Part shown: piece by piece, positions 11,193 through 21,889 of the stretch
How positions within the stretch are numbered: the stretch's first letter is position 1
Layout of the letters: each line of letters starts with the position of its first letter
Assembly (NCBI GenBank): GCA_965218095.1
Contig: OZ244587.1
Location: forward strand, 3,904,001-3,968,000
From: Candidatus Poribacteria bacterium
GTDB lineage: Bacteria > Poribacteria > WGA-4E > PCPOR2b
DNA length: 64,000 nt
Direction: 5' to 3'
The notes under the pieces: model-generated
The model's database searches: none
Told to the model about the DNA's origin: nothing
What the model saw: only the letters and a program-made list of their open reading frames with translations
Translations under genes and position numbers: made by a program

Positions 11193-12505
11193 TGAACTTA
11201 CCCCCATCCTTTAGACAGAAATGAATGAGATTTAAGATAGACAATCTGACCAACTCGGTCAAGTGTAAACGCCTGAAATCACTGGAAATACACCCCGTGG
11301 GGTGTTCGATAGTCGAGCAATTGATGAAACCGCTGTTGATTGTAAAAGGTGAAATAGTCTCTCAATCAACGCCAAGTAGTGGTAACTGAGTCATAGTTGT
11401 TGAGATAGACCTCCTCATACTTCACACTCCGCCAGAGCCGCTCAATGAAGATGTTGTCAAAAACTCTGCCTCTGCCGTCCCAACTGATGGCAATCTGAAC
11501 CGCTTCAAGTCGAGCTGTAAAAGCATCAGAAGTAAATTGACTGCCTTGGTCGTTGTTGAATATCAAGAGGCTCGATTGGGTAAGTGCCCGTTCGAGAGCC
11601 GACAGACAAAAGCATACGTCTAGTGAGTTTGAAAGTTCCCACGACAACACGTAACGGGAAAACCAATCCATAACCGCTACCAGATAAACAAAACCATGAC
11701 TCAAGCGAATATAGGTTATATCCGTTGCCCAGACCGGGTTCGGTCTGATGATACTTAATCCCTTCAGTAGATAGGGATACATCTTCGACGGTTTGGCTAT
11801 ACCCGAGGGCTTGGGCTTCGGATAGATGGCAGCCAATCCCATCTTTCGCATCAACCGAGCCACCCGTTTCCGATTGACGACATGCCCTTGGGAACGAAGC
11901 CATACAGTCAATCGAGGGACTCCATAGAACGGCGTCTGGGTGTATTGCTCATCTATCAAACGCATATAGAGCAGATTGTGTGGCGACTCGCCTACAGGTC
12001 GGTAATAGAACGAGGCACAAACCCAGCAGTTCGCATTGTCTGACAACTGACGGTGAACGGCACGTCTTTTCAATAGCTGTCGCTTCTGTTCAACGGAGTC
12101 GTTGCGTTTTTTTGAAGCCAGTCGAGTTCCACCTTCAACTGTCCGATTTGGCGATAGAGTTCAGCTACTAGCTGTTCGTTGTCGGGAGCTGCTTTTGAGC
12201 GTCCATTTGTAAAGAGTTGCGGTAATTCTTCAACCACCTGCTTTTTCCATTGGCTGGCTTGAGTCGGGTAGACCCCATATTCACTGGCAATCTGAGTGAC
12301 GGTTTGTTGGTTTTTTATCGCCTCAATAGCCACCTGTGCTTTGAATCTGCCATCGTACTGTTTTCTGCTGTTTTCTGCGGGACATGGTATGAAAACTCCT
12401 TTCTTTTTCTTGGCGTTTCTAACCCATATTTTCGCACAGATGATGACCGGTTTGCCAGTCGGAAATCCACCTTAGTCAACTGTCTAGGTTTTGGGGGTAA
12501 TTATA
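11193..12505 (-). mobile_element. IS3-family element, degraded (orfA ~12070-12385, orfB ~11280-12073)
   Basis: Integrase core WATDITY, NDQGSQF, ERLWRSVKYE. Imperfect IRs TGAACTTACCCCC..TAGACAG / TATAATTACCCCC..TAGACAG. Premature TGA at 11366 and an orfA frameshift. Confidence 0.85.
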
Positions 12506-12554
12506 CTCTAACCCCTTGAGCGATTATTAGACGTGCTATAGTCGTAAGGCGAAT

Positions 12555-13691
12555 TCAGTTGGTATCGTCCGGTTCTTCGTAATTAAACTCGACTTTACTT
12601 TGTTTAATGACCTCATCAAGAATACTCTGCAAATGACCTTCCTGCACTGTTTCATTAAAGCGATTTTTCAGAACAGGAATATTGATGACTTCTTCAACAC
12701 AATTCATGTATCTCCTGACTATAGCCGTTATAAGGTATTGTTTCTCTGCCCCCGCCTGAAGTTTTTGCCTGAGAACATTAACAGACTCTTCGGACTTGAT
12801 GACGAAGGATATGGGATAGTGTTTAATTTTATCGATATCCAAGAAGTATTTTCTTACGTCTAGGGTTTCTGTCACTTGAAAGAATCTGCCCAAGGGACGC
12901 ATAACAAAGTCTATACCGCCATCATTAGCATTGGTGCAGCCAGTTTTGTAGAGTTTGAGGTTTTCTTCCTCTACGCTCTCCAGATCGAAACCGAAATAAA
13001 CGGTTTGATTACTATAATAATACTTCAGGATGGCATAACTAACAATTTCAAAGATACGTGCGTCTGCATTTGGTCCGAGAAGATTTACAATAAATGCTTC
13101 TACATTTTCTTTACTTTCCCCCTCTATTCTTTTCAAACGTTCACATCTTTTCAAACGTTCACATGTTTGAATAAACGCCTCAAATGCACTCCGCTTCGTC
13201 TTGATATAGCGATCCACGATACTGATAATCGATCGTGCGATATTGTACGAATCACCCACAGCAGAAATTTTTAGGAGGTTTTCATTGATCCAATAACGCT
13301 TTGTTTCAACATCGCGTAAAATTGGAATATACTCGGTTTGTGGAAAATACTTCCCAAAATCGCTGTTCATGCGGTGGTTGAGTGCATGATTTTGCAGCTT
13401 GTTACCAAAGGGCAATTCTCTTTGACGCTTGAATAAGTCTGTAAATGTCGCCCCCTAATAATTTGAGTAGTCACCTTTTTCATCAAATCTGTGGTTGAGA
13501 TAGTCTTCGATCAGTACATAGAGTGCGTAAAGATTCGCGAAGCTACCCCTTGCTTTTGACCCACGCGTTGCGGATCTGGTTTTGATGTTGAGGTACTGCA
13601 AGAATTCACTTTTCTCAAAAATATCTTCTGCTGCTTCACCAAAATCGGAGCGCAAAACAGCTTGAATTTGCTGCGTAAATTCGTGTTCCAT
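12555..13691 (-). pseudogene. Type II restriction endonuclease interrupted by an in-frame TAG (13455-13457)
   Basis: Two ORFs in the same frame; TNANDGGIDF..FFQVT nuclease-like motif; directly downstream of an MTase. Confidence 0.75.
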
Positions 13692-13718
13692 CTAGTTTCC
13701 CTCGAATAACCTGAGGGC

Positions 13719-14552
13719 CTAGGTTGGGTTTGCCTGCTCCTCATAGGAGCGAGGTTCTCGTTTCAATTCTTCCCCTCTATAATGTGTCATTATTTGAAGC
13801 CTTCTCAACCCAATTTTGACGTAATCTTCTTCTATCTCTATCCCAATTGATTGACGCCCCAATTTTTTCGCAACAAAAGATGTCGTAAATGTACCAGCAA
13901 AAGGGTCGAGAACGAGATCTCCGGGGTTTGAACTTGCGCGAACAATTCGTTCAAGTAGTGCAACAGGTTTCTGGGTCGGATGTTTTTCGTACTCATCCAT
14001 TCTGTAGCGGACACGCGGAAATTCCCAAACATTACCCGGAACTTTTCTCAAATTGTATTGCGTAGGGACTGGCTTTCGATAATCGATTAATTTACGCTTT
14101 GCCCCTGTCTTTGCCTCAACAAGGATGTCATCTGCGTTGAAAGTGTATTGCTGCTTATCTTTCACACAGAAAAGGATGGGTTCATATAGAGAACCATAAT
14201 ACTTTTTTGCTTGGACCCCCGAACTATTGTACGACCAAACAATACGAGAAAGGATACTAATTTTGTCCCGAAGGTAGATGTCAAAATAAGGCATATTCTG
14301 AGTGGCAGCCATGAGATAGAAACTACCTTTGTCTTTCAGTTTACGGAGGCAAAGGTCAATCCACTTGTAGCACCATTGGAGGTACACTTCTTCGGAAATC
14401 CACTTATCCTTTCTACCATTGAAGTTCTTACCGATGTTGTAGGGAGGGTCTGCAAAAATTAAGTCTACTGAACCATCAGGAATTTTGCTGGACAAGGCTT
14501 CAAGCATATCCCCCCAGATTATCAGATGATTACCCTTTTCCAAGGCTTCCAT
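13719..14552 (-). CDS. Beta-class N6-adenine DNA methyltransferase, YhdJ-like
   Basis: ADPPYN before HPTQKP and LDPFAGTFTT; SSGVQAKKYYGSLYEPIL resembles YhdJ. Confidence 0.9.
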   Translation of the reverse strand: MEALEKGNHLIIWGDMLEALSSKIPDGSVDLIFADPPYNIGKNFNGRKDKWISEEVYLQWCYKWIDLCLRKLKDKGSFYLMAATQNMPYFDIYLRDKISILSRIVWSYNSSGVQAKKYYGSLYEPILFCVKDKQQYTFNADDILVEAKTGAKRKLIDYRKPVPTQYNLRKVPGNVWEFPRVRYRMDEYEKHPTQKPVALLERIVRASSNPGDLVLDPFAGTFTTSFVAKKLGRQSIGIEIEEDYVKIGLRRLQIMTHYRGEELKREPRSYEEQANPT

Positions 14553-14577
14553 AACTCCCTCATTTTTGATTGAAGTC

Positions 14578-14784
14578 CTAGCCTCCCTGAGTCGCCCGAA
14601 TAATCTCGACTTCGCTTTCCGGTTGAATTTCCGTTTCCCCCCACCGTTTTCTGAGAACGACTTCTCGGTCAAGTGCAATAGCGATACCCGGCCGAGATGG
14701 GTCTATTTCCAGTTCCAAAAGCAACTGATGGAGTGTTAATCCCGGTGGAACTTCCTTGACTTCGCCGTTTACTTGGATATTCAT
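14578..14784 (-). CDS. thiS: Thiamine biosynthesis sulfur carrier ThiS
   Basis: 68 aa, IQVNGE start, C-terminal GG. Confidence 0.92.
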   Translation of the reverse strand: MNIQVNGEVKEVPPGLTLHQLLLELEIDPSRPGIAIALDREVVLRKRWGETEIQPESEVEIIRATQGG

Positions 14785-14799
14785 GTTCTTCCCCCGTGA

Positions 14800-15957
14800 T
14801 TACGAAAAACGAGACAGTTGAAAAGGCGCGATGACTTCCGAAGTTTTCCCTGTTAAGATGAGCGAAGCGATTTCACGGGCAGTGAGGGGTGTGAGCAAGA
14901 TGCCGTTGCGGTAATGTCCAGTGGCGATGATTAGATTTTCAACGACGCTTTTACCGAGAATGGGCGCGTTGTCCCGGCTTGCTGGGCGTAACCCCATCCA
15001 GGTCTCCATGATGGGGAGATCATAAATTCCCGGGACAGCTTCCCAGGCACCTCGCAGGAGTTCAAATAAACCACCGGCTGTCAGCCGTGTGTCGAACCCC
15101 ATCTCTTCGCTCGTCGCGCCGATCACGAGACGACCATCGTCCTTCGGCACCAGATAGACATCCGTCGGATATTTGGCTCGCGGGGCACGAATCACCTTTT
15201 GCAGAACAATTCCTTCCTCCATCTGCAACGCAAGCATCTGCCCCTTGACCGGACGGACGGGGGGACGCACGACTTCAGGTAATCCCTCAATATCATTCGA
15301 CCAACAACCCGCCGCAAGTACGATGACATCCGCCTCCTGCAATTCACTTTTGCGCCAAACGCCTCGCGCTCTTCCGCCTCGAATCTCAATTGTCTCAACG
15401 GGCACTTTTTCGTAAAGCGTCCCTCCCGCCTGCTGGTATGCTGCGATCAATGCGTTGACCATCGCCCGGTTGTCAACTTGATGGTCGTCCTGACTCCAAA
15501 TTGCAGCCGTAATTTTTGGAGAGAGCAAAGCCTCCATCTCACGCGCTTCTGCCCCAGTAAGCCACTCAACTTTCAGGTCTAAGAGTTGTTGAGACTCGTA
15601 GAGGTGTTCCAACTCACGTGCATCGTCTCGATCTACCCCGACGATGAGTGTCCCTTCCGTCCGATAACCCACGTTCATCTGGCTGTCTGCTTCTAACTCT
15701 GCGACCCACTCTGGATACATCCGACAACTGAGAACGCCCAATTGGAGGAGATCTCGCTCCTCAAAGTGAACTTCCGCGTGCGGCGCTAACATCCCCGCAG
15801 CCGCCCACGATGCCGCGCGTCCGGCTTGATCACGCTCATAGATCGAGACGACGCAACCCGCCTTCACCAGTTGCCAGCCGATACCCAGTCCGATTACCCC
15901 GCCGCCGACGATGATTACTCGTTTATTGGAATGTGGGTTGTGAATTTGCATAGTCAC
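14800..15957 (-). CDS. thiO: Glycine oxidase ThiO
   Basis: GGGVIG, ASWAAAGML, PVKGQ, GLRP, GHYRNGILL. Confidence 0.93.
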   Translation of the reverse strand: MTMQIHNPHSNKRVIIVGGGVIGLGIGWQLVKAGCVVSIYERDQAGRAASWAAAGMLAPHAEVHFEERDLLQLGVLSCRMYPEWVAELEADSQMNVGYRTEGTLIVGVDRDDARELEHLYESQQLLDLKVEWLTGAEAREMEALLSPKITAAIWSQDDHQVDNRAMVNALIAAYQQAGGTLYEKVPVETIEIRGGRARGVWRKSELQEADVIVLAAGCWSNDIEGLPEVVRPPVRPVKGQMLALQMEEGIVLQKVIRAPRAKYPTDVYLVPKDDGRLVIGATSEEMGFDTRLTAGGLFELLRGAWEAVPGIYDLPIMETWMGLRPASRDNAPILGKSVVENLIIATGHYRNGILLTPLTAREIASLILTGKTSEVIAPFQLSRFS

Positions 15958-16009
15958 AAAAGGATATTAGGGGCTTATGCCAATTCTGCTGAATGCTGAC
16001 GCTATGCGG

Positions 16010-16115
16010 TTTGTCGCGCAATTGTCCCGATCCATCCGAGTCATTGGGCCTCCCCGAAGAACGGTCGATGAATCGCCCGACTACGAACCAAACTAAAGCG
16101 TTATAAATTGACTAT
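16010..16115. repeat. GTAG-type REP-like element
   Basis: GATGAATCGCCCGACTACGAACC; related to 23302-23360, 30243-30290 and 35117-35207. Confidence 0.6.
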
Positions 16116-16121
16116 GGGTTG

Positions 16122-16547
16122 TTATCTTGCATCAGGTTCTCCAGAGAAACCCGCCATTCCACTCTGAGCAAAAAAGTGTAGGAGCTCATCAAATTCATGA
16201 TACAGGAAAAGTTTCTGTGAAATTCCCAGTAACGTCGTTGAGATATCCGATCCTTTCTTCGCAATTGTCACAATGGGTTTCCCTCTGGCGTGAGCGTAAC
16301 CCGCTTCGATGCCTAATCCAACCCCTTTTTTCGTTAAATCTACCACAATCAGATGACTCGAATCAATTTCATCAAATGTTTTCCGCATTAATGTCTCAGG
16401 GCTAAATTCCACTTGTCCCCATTTCTCAATGTCACGGGTTACACAGACTGTTTCAAAACCACTTTGCTCCAGGGCAGCGGAGATCTTTTCGATACATAGT
16501 CTGTTCTGCTGATCTTCACGGTATTTGATGGAGATAAAAGCTTTCAT
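16122..16547 (-). CDS. Nucleoside 2-deoxyribosyltransferase-like protein
   Basis: EIDSSHLIVVD..GVGLGIEAGYAHARGKPI. Confidence 0.8.
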   Translation of the reverse strand: MKAFISIKYREDQQNRLCIEKISAALEQSGFETVCVTRDIEKWGQVEFSPETLMRKTFDEIDSSHLIVVDLTKKGVGLGIEAGYAHARGKPIVTIAKKGSDISTTLLGISQKLFLYHEFDELLHFFAQSGMAGFSGEPDAR

Positions 16548-16949
16548 GTGCTCAGATGGACTATTGATTGTTTGGGGAGAGCGCTCCGGAAATTTACTCC
16601 TACATTCGGAAACCAGTCGAGCATCATCATTTTTGGAATTTCGCATCTTTTGCTTATCCCAGATGTCCAGTTAAAAGTATACAGAAACGGATTGGGAAAA
16701 TCCAACGAATTTACAGGGTAAATACCATTGGTTACTATACTCGCTGAAGGTGAACACATTAGTTCTCGGCTTCATGTAATATATTATCGTCTACCACTGC
16801 TCGGCTTGTCAACTTGTATGACGTAAGTCAGAAATTTGCAAATGGACTGATGGCAGATCTGAAATTTTGGCAAATGTCCGCAATAGATTCAAAACGGCCC
16901 CATTGCGGCACTGAAAAAGGTCATAAATTGGGATTCTGCTGTTCCAACG

Positions 16950-17036
16950 TGTCATTCTGAGTGAAAGAAGAATTTCAGGATTTCGACATCCTTCACAAAG
17001 CCTGCTCTCGAACGCAATGAAGGGTTCAGGATGACA
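16950..17036. repeat. TGTCATTCTGA...TCAGGATGACA palindromic repeat/MITE (related copy 56275..56358)
   Basis: Terminal IR; the internal segment is shared in inverted form with 56307-56358. Confidence 0.7.
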
Positions 17037-17396
17037 AATCTGTGCTCATGCTGAGTGTACAGTAGGCTATCATAACAGAACCGAATCAATTCCACAACGA
17101 AAAAAGTGTTTTCTGTTTCAGAGGAAGAATAGGAGATTTCGTTGGGAAGCGACTCCAACGAGACTCACATTTTTTCACACCCACATAATATTGTAAGGTT
17201 GACTTGATGCGTTGTGTGTGCTACACTGCGTTAGTAGACTTTGAAGGTTGGTTCATTTTATCATCCGGCAGCCGGGAAGTTAGGAGACAATAAACGCATG
17301 ACGCATGGCTTCGTTTTATACCACCGGTAATTGCGTTTGTCGAGCTCAGCAGGGAGATAAAAGATGTTTCAGAAAATTGCATATTGACCACTTTTT

Positions 17397-18938
17397 ATGT
17401 TTTTTTCGGCAATCGTCATGCTCATGATCTCTGCCTGTAGCTCGGAAGATGGAGATGAGCGGATGGATGCAGAAAAACCTCAAGAGGAGGTTCTCGTCGA
17501 GCAGCCAAATCTTGACCTACAGTTGCAAAAAGAGCGCGAATCGGTCATGATGCAGCTTGGAAAAGGAGAGATGAGGGCACGTGAGGAAACGATTGATGCC
17601 CTCGTTGCGATTGGTGAGCTAGCAATTCCGGCGTTAATCAAGGCACTGGCGGACGGGAAAGGTCACATGGGCGGCGACGCCGGTGTCGTTCTCGCGGAAA
17701 TTGGCGAACCTGCCGTTCCTGCCTTGGTCGAAGCACTGCAGAACGGGGATGATTTCACCCGCCTCAACGCTTCGCTGGCGCTGGGCATCATGAGTGAGCA
17801 GACAAAGGGCGAGGCAACTAAAACTGCGGTGCCAGCTTTGGTCGCTGCGTTGAAAGATGAGAATCGCGGCGTTCGTATCCATGCGTTGATGATACTTGAT
17901 AGCATGGGCGAACACGCTGTAGATGCTGTGCCTGCATTGATTGAGGCGTGGGATGATCGGGAGATTCGCGTCAGTGTTGGATACGCACTAGCAGAAGTTG
18001 CCCTGCACGCGAGAGATCAGGTTGCGATTGCTGTACCGAAACTCATCGAAGGATTAAGCGATAAGGAACGAGTTCGCTTCGCGGCTTCCGATGCGTTGGT
18101 TGCAGTCGGCGACCCTGCTGTTCCGGCGTTGATACGACAGTTACGAGTTGACGATGCGGAGATGTGTCGGCAGGTCGTTTTCGTGTTGGGGCAGATTGGC
18201 GAGGGAGCCCGTGCGGCTATCCCTGACCTGATTGATCTCTTGCTAAATGAGCCGGATCTGCGCCCTGCGGTCGCCCCGGCGTTAGGTCGGATTGGTGACG
18301 AGGCCGCCGTGCCTGCGCTGATACAGATCTTGGAAAGTGGCGATGCCCGACTTCATTCCAATGTGATTGGAACGTTGGGCGCAATCGGTCCTCCCGCCAA
18401 ACCTCCTGTACCGCTGTTGATCGAGATCGTTGATGCAGAGAGGCATTGGCATGTCCGTCGTGAAGCGGTTATCGCGTTAGGGCAGATCGGTGCCCCGGCG
18501 GCAATCCCTGTGTTGATACAGTCACTGGTCGGGAAGTTACTGTTCAGTGTTGAATTCGAACTTCCACCGATTTTAAAAAAGCCCGTGATGCCAGCAGCAT
18601 TGCAACGGGAGTTTGAAAAGCATGGCATCAGCCCCTTCGGAATTGCGATGCTGACGCCAGGCAAGATGTGGCTGACAAAGGATAAGGAACGGGCATACCT
18701 TATTATCAAAGAAGAAGATCTGCTCAACGTTTATGAAGATATGGGTCAGGAAGTTCGCTCCGGTGCAGCTCACGCATTGGCTCAGATTGGCGAACCCGCT
18801 ATCCTAGCGTTGATTGAGGTTTTGAATCATCCGAACACCGTCGCTAGCGTTCAAGCGTCTGCCGCATTGAGAAAAATCGGCACACCTGAAGCCATCAAGG
18901 CGGCGGACGAATTTTGGGGAAATTTGGGAAAAAGATAA
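17397..18938 (+). CDS. HEAT-repeat (PBS lyase-like) lipoprotein
   Basis: Hydrophobic signal + MISAC lipobox; many AL..IG..AVPALI repeats. An upstream in-frame ATG (17364) with RBS is cut off by TGA. Confidence 0.85.
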   Translation: MFFSAIVMLMISACSSEDGDERMDAEKPQEEVLVEQPNLDLQLQKERESVMMQLGKGEMRAREETIDALVAIGELAIPALIKALADGKGHMGGDAGVVLAEIGEPAVPALVEALQNGDDFTRLNASLALGIMSEQTKGEATKTAVPALVAALKDENRGVRIHALMILDSMGEHAVDAVPALIEAWDDREIRVSVGYALAEVALHARDQVAIAVPKLIEGLSDKERVRFAASDALVAVGDPAVPALIRQLRVDDAEMCRQVVFVLGQIGEGARAAIPDLIDLLLNEPDLRPAVAPALGRIGDEAAVPALIQILESGDARLHSNVIGTLGAIGPPAKPPVPLLIEIVDAERHWHVRREAVIALGQIGAPAAIPVLIQSLVGKLLFSVEFELPPILKKPVMPAALQREFEKHGISPFGIAMLTPGKMWLTKDKERAYLIIKEEDLLNVYEDMGQEVRSGAAHALAQIGEPAILALIEVLNHPNTVASVQASAALRKIGTPEAIKAADEFWGNLGKR

Positions 18939-19072
18939 TGAGATGGTTCAAAAGTTAGTTTTTACGTTTTGAAAGGGTTGTAGCGATGTCCTTACGCTTG
19001 CCGGGGTAACCCTAGCCGAACACAAGTGTAGGATGTTTTCTCGAACTTAGTTACTCACAACGGAGGGCAACG

Positions 19073-20275
19073 ATGGAACAATTATATGACGAATTAAAAC
19101 CATCTCCCCGCGTACTGCTTGGCCCTGGTCCAAGTGAGGTCAACTCACGGGTGCTCAAGGCGATGACAACCCCGATGTTAGGCTACCTCGACAATGAGTT
19201 TATCCAAATCATGGACGAAACGGTCGAGCTCCTGCGTCGTGTCTTCGGCGCCCAAGATGCACTGGCATTTCCTGTCTCTGGGACTGGTACTTCGGGGATG
19301 GAAGCGGCGCTCTGCAATATTATCGAGCCGGGCGATCCGGTCATTGTGGGAATCAACGGCTACTTTGGCGGGCGGATTGTGAATATCGTCGAACGCTGCG
19401 GTGGTGTGGTGACACCTGTGGAGGCGCCATGGGGGAGAATCATCCCAGCCGAAAAAATTGCGGAAGCGCTCAAAAAAGTCAAAGCAAAGCTGGTTGCAGT
19501 GGTTCATGCCGAAACTTCAACGGGAATTCTCCAGCCGCTGGATGAGATTAGCCAAATCGTCCATGAAAGCGATGCGTTGTTTTTAACAGACTGCGTCACT
19601 TCGCTTGGGGGACAGCCCGTGGATCTAGATCGGCGGAAAATTGATGTTGCCTACAGCGGCACACAAAAATGTCTGGGGGGACCTCCGGGGCTGGCGCCAA
19701 TCAGTTTTAGTGATCGCGCTGCCGAAGTCATTCGGAGTCGCGAGACAAAGATCCAAAGTTTCTATTTTGACATGACTTTGCTCGAAAAGTATTGGGGCGG
19801 AGCATCGCGGAGTTATCACCACACTGTATCCATGACGTTAGTCTACGCCCTGCGCGAGTCGCTGCGCGTTGTGCTTGAGGAGGGCTTAGAAACACGATAC
19901 AAACGCCACGAACACAATGCCAGCGCACTCATCGCTGGGTTAGAGGGGTTAGGACTCAAGCCCGCTGCGCAAGCAGGCTTCCGTGCACCAATGCTAACGA
20001 CGGTGCTTATCCCCGATGGGGTTGATGATGCGATAATCCGAAAACGCCTAATCACTGACTACGGCATCGAAATCGGTGGCGGCTTAGGGATATTTCAAGG
20101 GAAAGCGTGGAGAATCGGTTTGATGGGAGAATCTTCAACCCAACGCAACGTCTTGCTGGTCTTGAGTGCTTTGGAAAAAACCCTCGTTGAGGCAGGATAC
20201 AAGGTTGAACCAGGTGCTGGCGTCGGTGCGGCATCACAGATCTATTCATCAAAGATGAAACGTAAAAATCGGTAA
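19073..20275 (+). CDS. Alanine-glyoxylate/serine-pyruvate aminotransferase (class V PLP)
   Basis: LLGPGPS, VHAETSTG, DCVTSLGG, SGTQKCL, YHHT. Confidence 0.93.
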   Translation: MEQLYDELKPSPRVLLGPGPSEVNSRVLKAMTTPMLGYLDNEFIQIMDETVELLRRVFGAQDALAFPVSGTGTSGMEAALCNIIEPGDPVIVGINGYFGGRIVNIVERCGGVVTPVEAPWGRIIPAEKIAEALKKVKAKLVAVVHAETSTGILQPLDEISQIVHESDALFLTDCVTSLGGQPVDLDRRKIDVAYSGTQKCLGGPPGLAPISFSDRAAEVIRSRETKIQSFYFDMTLLEKYWGGASRSYHHTVSMTLVYALRESLRVVLEEGLETRYKRHEHNASALIAGLEGLGLKPAAQAGFRAPMLTTVLIPDGVDDAIIRKRLITDYGIEIGGGLGIFQGKAWRIGLMGESSTQRNVLLVLSALEKTLVEAGYKVEPGAGVGAASQIYSSKMKRKNR

Positions 20276-20353
20276 TTGGGTAATTTCCCAACTTCCTGAT
20301 CTCCTTCTGATGCGTGAATACGTCTATTTTCAATTTGATGTGCCAAATATAAC

Positions 20354-20445
20354 TTGACTTTGTTAAATTAAAAGAGAGCACCGGTAGATCCACTGGTGGC
20401 CTGCCCCCCTCAATCCTCCCAACTTTGGGGATTCAGGGGCGGACA
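20354..20445. repeat. TTGACTTTG-family MITE, partial (copies 53667..53736 and 58387..58542)
   Basis: Shared TTGACTTTG.TAAATT..AG..AGATCCAC.G.TGGC head and CCCAACTTTGGGG hairpin. Confidence 0.7.
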
Positions 20446-20791
20446 CCTTGGCGAAAAGCCTTGCTCGTTCCAAAGTTCCTGCTTCGGAACGCTGAGCCTG
20501 AAAGTAAAAACTACTCCAGCCAGGGACGCTTTTCGTAAATAGGCAGGCAATTCGATACAGGTTGTTCAGATAATAGGGCATATAAGGAACTGACCGCTTA
20601 GATAGACCGACACACGTAATAGGAATCAACCACATCACAATGAATACCAACGACAAAATTTCATCTCGTGGAGTGGGTGATAAAATCGGCTTTTAGGTTT
20701 GTGTATCTGGATTCATTTTTTCTGTAACCGCTTAGAGAATAGGATACGCGGTGCAAGGAAATCAAGAAAGCGTTCAAGTTGCTTTCGATTT

Positions 20792-21703
20792 TTATCCACC
20801 TGGAGAACGATTGACGGTGTAAATACCAAGCGCGACCAAAAGGGTCCCGATAGCGAGCCCAACGGTAATCGGCTCCCCAATGAGAAAGTGGCTGAGTGTG
20901 ATTCCCCAGAGCGGCGTTGTAAAAAAGAATACTGATAGCCGGCTTGGAGGATAATGCTTCAAGACGAGCGTCCACGCGACAAAACAGAATCCCGCGACCA
21001 CAGCACCTTGGTACAGAATTGCAAATAACGCTGGATAGGAAAAGCCGTAGCTAGCTTTCCCCTCGAAGATTCCACTCAGGATGAAAAAGATCGGTACGCC
21101 GATGATCATTTGTGATGTCAGCACCCGATACACGTGGATATACTGGATCAGGCGATTCGTGACAACAATCAGGAGTCCGAGTTGAAAGCCGCCGAACAGT
21201 GTCAGTACATCCCCAACCAAATGTCTACGATCCCCGCCGATCAGGTTGTCCCCAAACACGATGAGAATCCCACCGAAGGCGAAGGTTAATCCAAGCGCCT
21301 TCCACCGTGTCAGACGATCTCCCGGAACGACGAAATGCGCAATGACAGCAACAAACAGCGGGTAGGTATTCGTCATGACAGCGGCTCGACCGGCGCGTGT
21401 CAGGTTGGTCCCCCAATTCAAGGCAGCGATTTGGGTTACAAACAGGATGGCGCTCAAGAATAGCGGCAGGAACTCACGCGGCTGCAGTCTGAGGGATATG
21501 CCGTTCACCGACGCCCAGCCAGCGATTAGGAAAAGTCCAATTGCAAACCGGAGTCCTGCCGACGCGAACGGCGCAAATTTTTGAAACCCGATTTTGAGGG
21601 AAACCGCATTTCCTCCCCAAAGCATCGCTAGGAAGAGAACAAAGAAGATGACTTTGGTGGGGATAAAGTCTTCGCTGGTTTTGGTAAGTATTTTCGGCGG
21701 CAT
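20792..21703 (-). CDS. DMT/EamA family transporter
   Basis: About 10 TM segments; LWG..LRF..PLF and GEPIT motifs. Confidence 0.88.
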   Translation of the reverse strand: MPPKILTKTSEDFIPTKVIFFVLFLAMLWGGNAVSLKIGFQKFAPFASAGLRFAIGLFLIAGWASVNGISLRLQPREFLPLFLSAILFVTQIAALNWGTNLTRAGRAAVMTNTYPLFVAVIAHFVVPGDRLTRWKALGLTFAFGGILIVFGDNLIGGDRRHLVGDVLTLFGGFQLGLLIVVTNRLIQYIHVYRVLTSQMIIGVPIFFILSGIFEGKASYGFSYPALFAILYQGAVVAGFCFVAWTLVLKHYPPSRLSVFFFTTPLWGITLSHFLIGEPITVGLAIGTLLVALGIYTVNRSPGG

Positions 21704-21889
21704 GAAACCCCGATTAAGAGAGTGAAAGGACAATACCTGAAACAATAGTCAGGATTTGATGTGTATGATTTTATTGAACCTTTGGTGCTAGTTGGTAAGG
21801 ATGTAGTCTCCACAAGGGTTGTAGAATTTACATATTCGACCTCGCAAAGAATAATCGTTGCTATGACTGGATCTCTGGCTCCAAACTAG

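Noticed and set aside
15958-16121. TPP riboswitch upstream of thiO
   Set aside because: No CTGAGA core seen; the structure here is a REP element.
16952-17158. Short ORFs sharing VILNPSLRSR (also 56107..56367)
   Set aside because: These are translations of the shared palindromic repeat, not a protein family.
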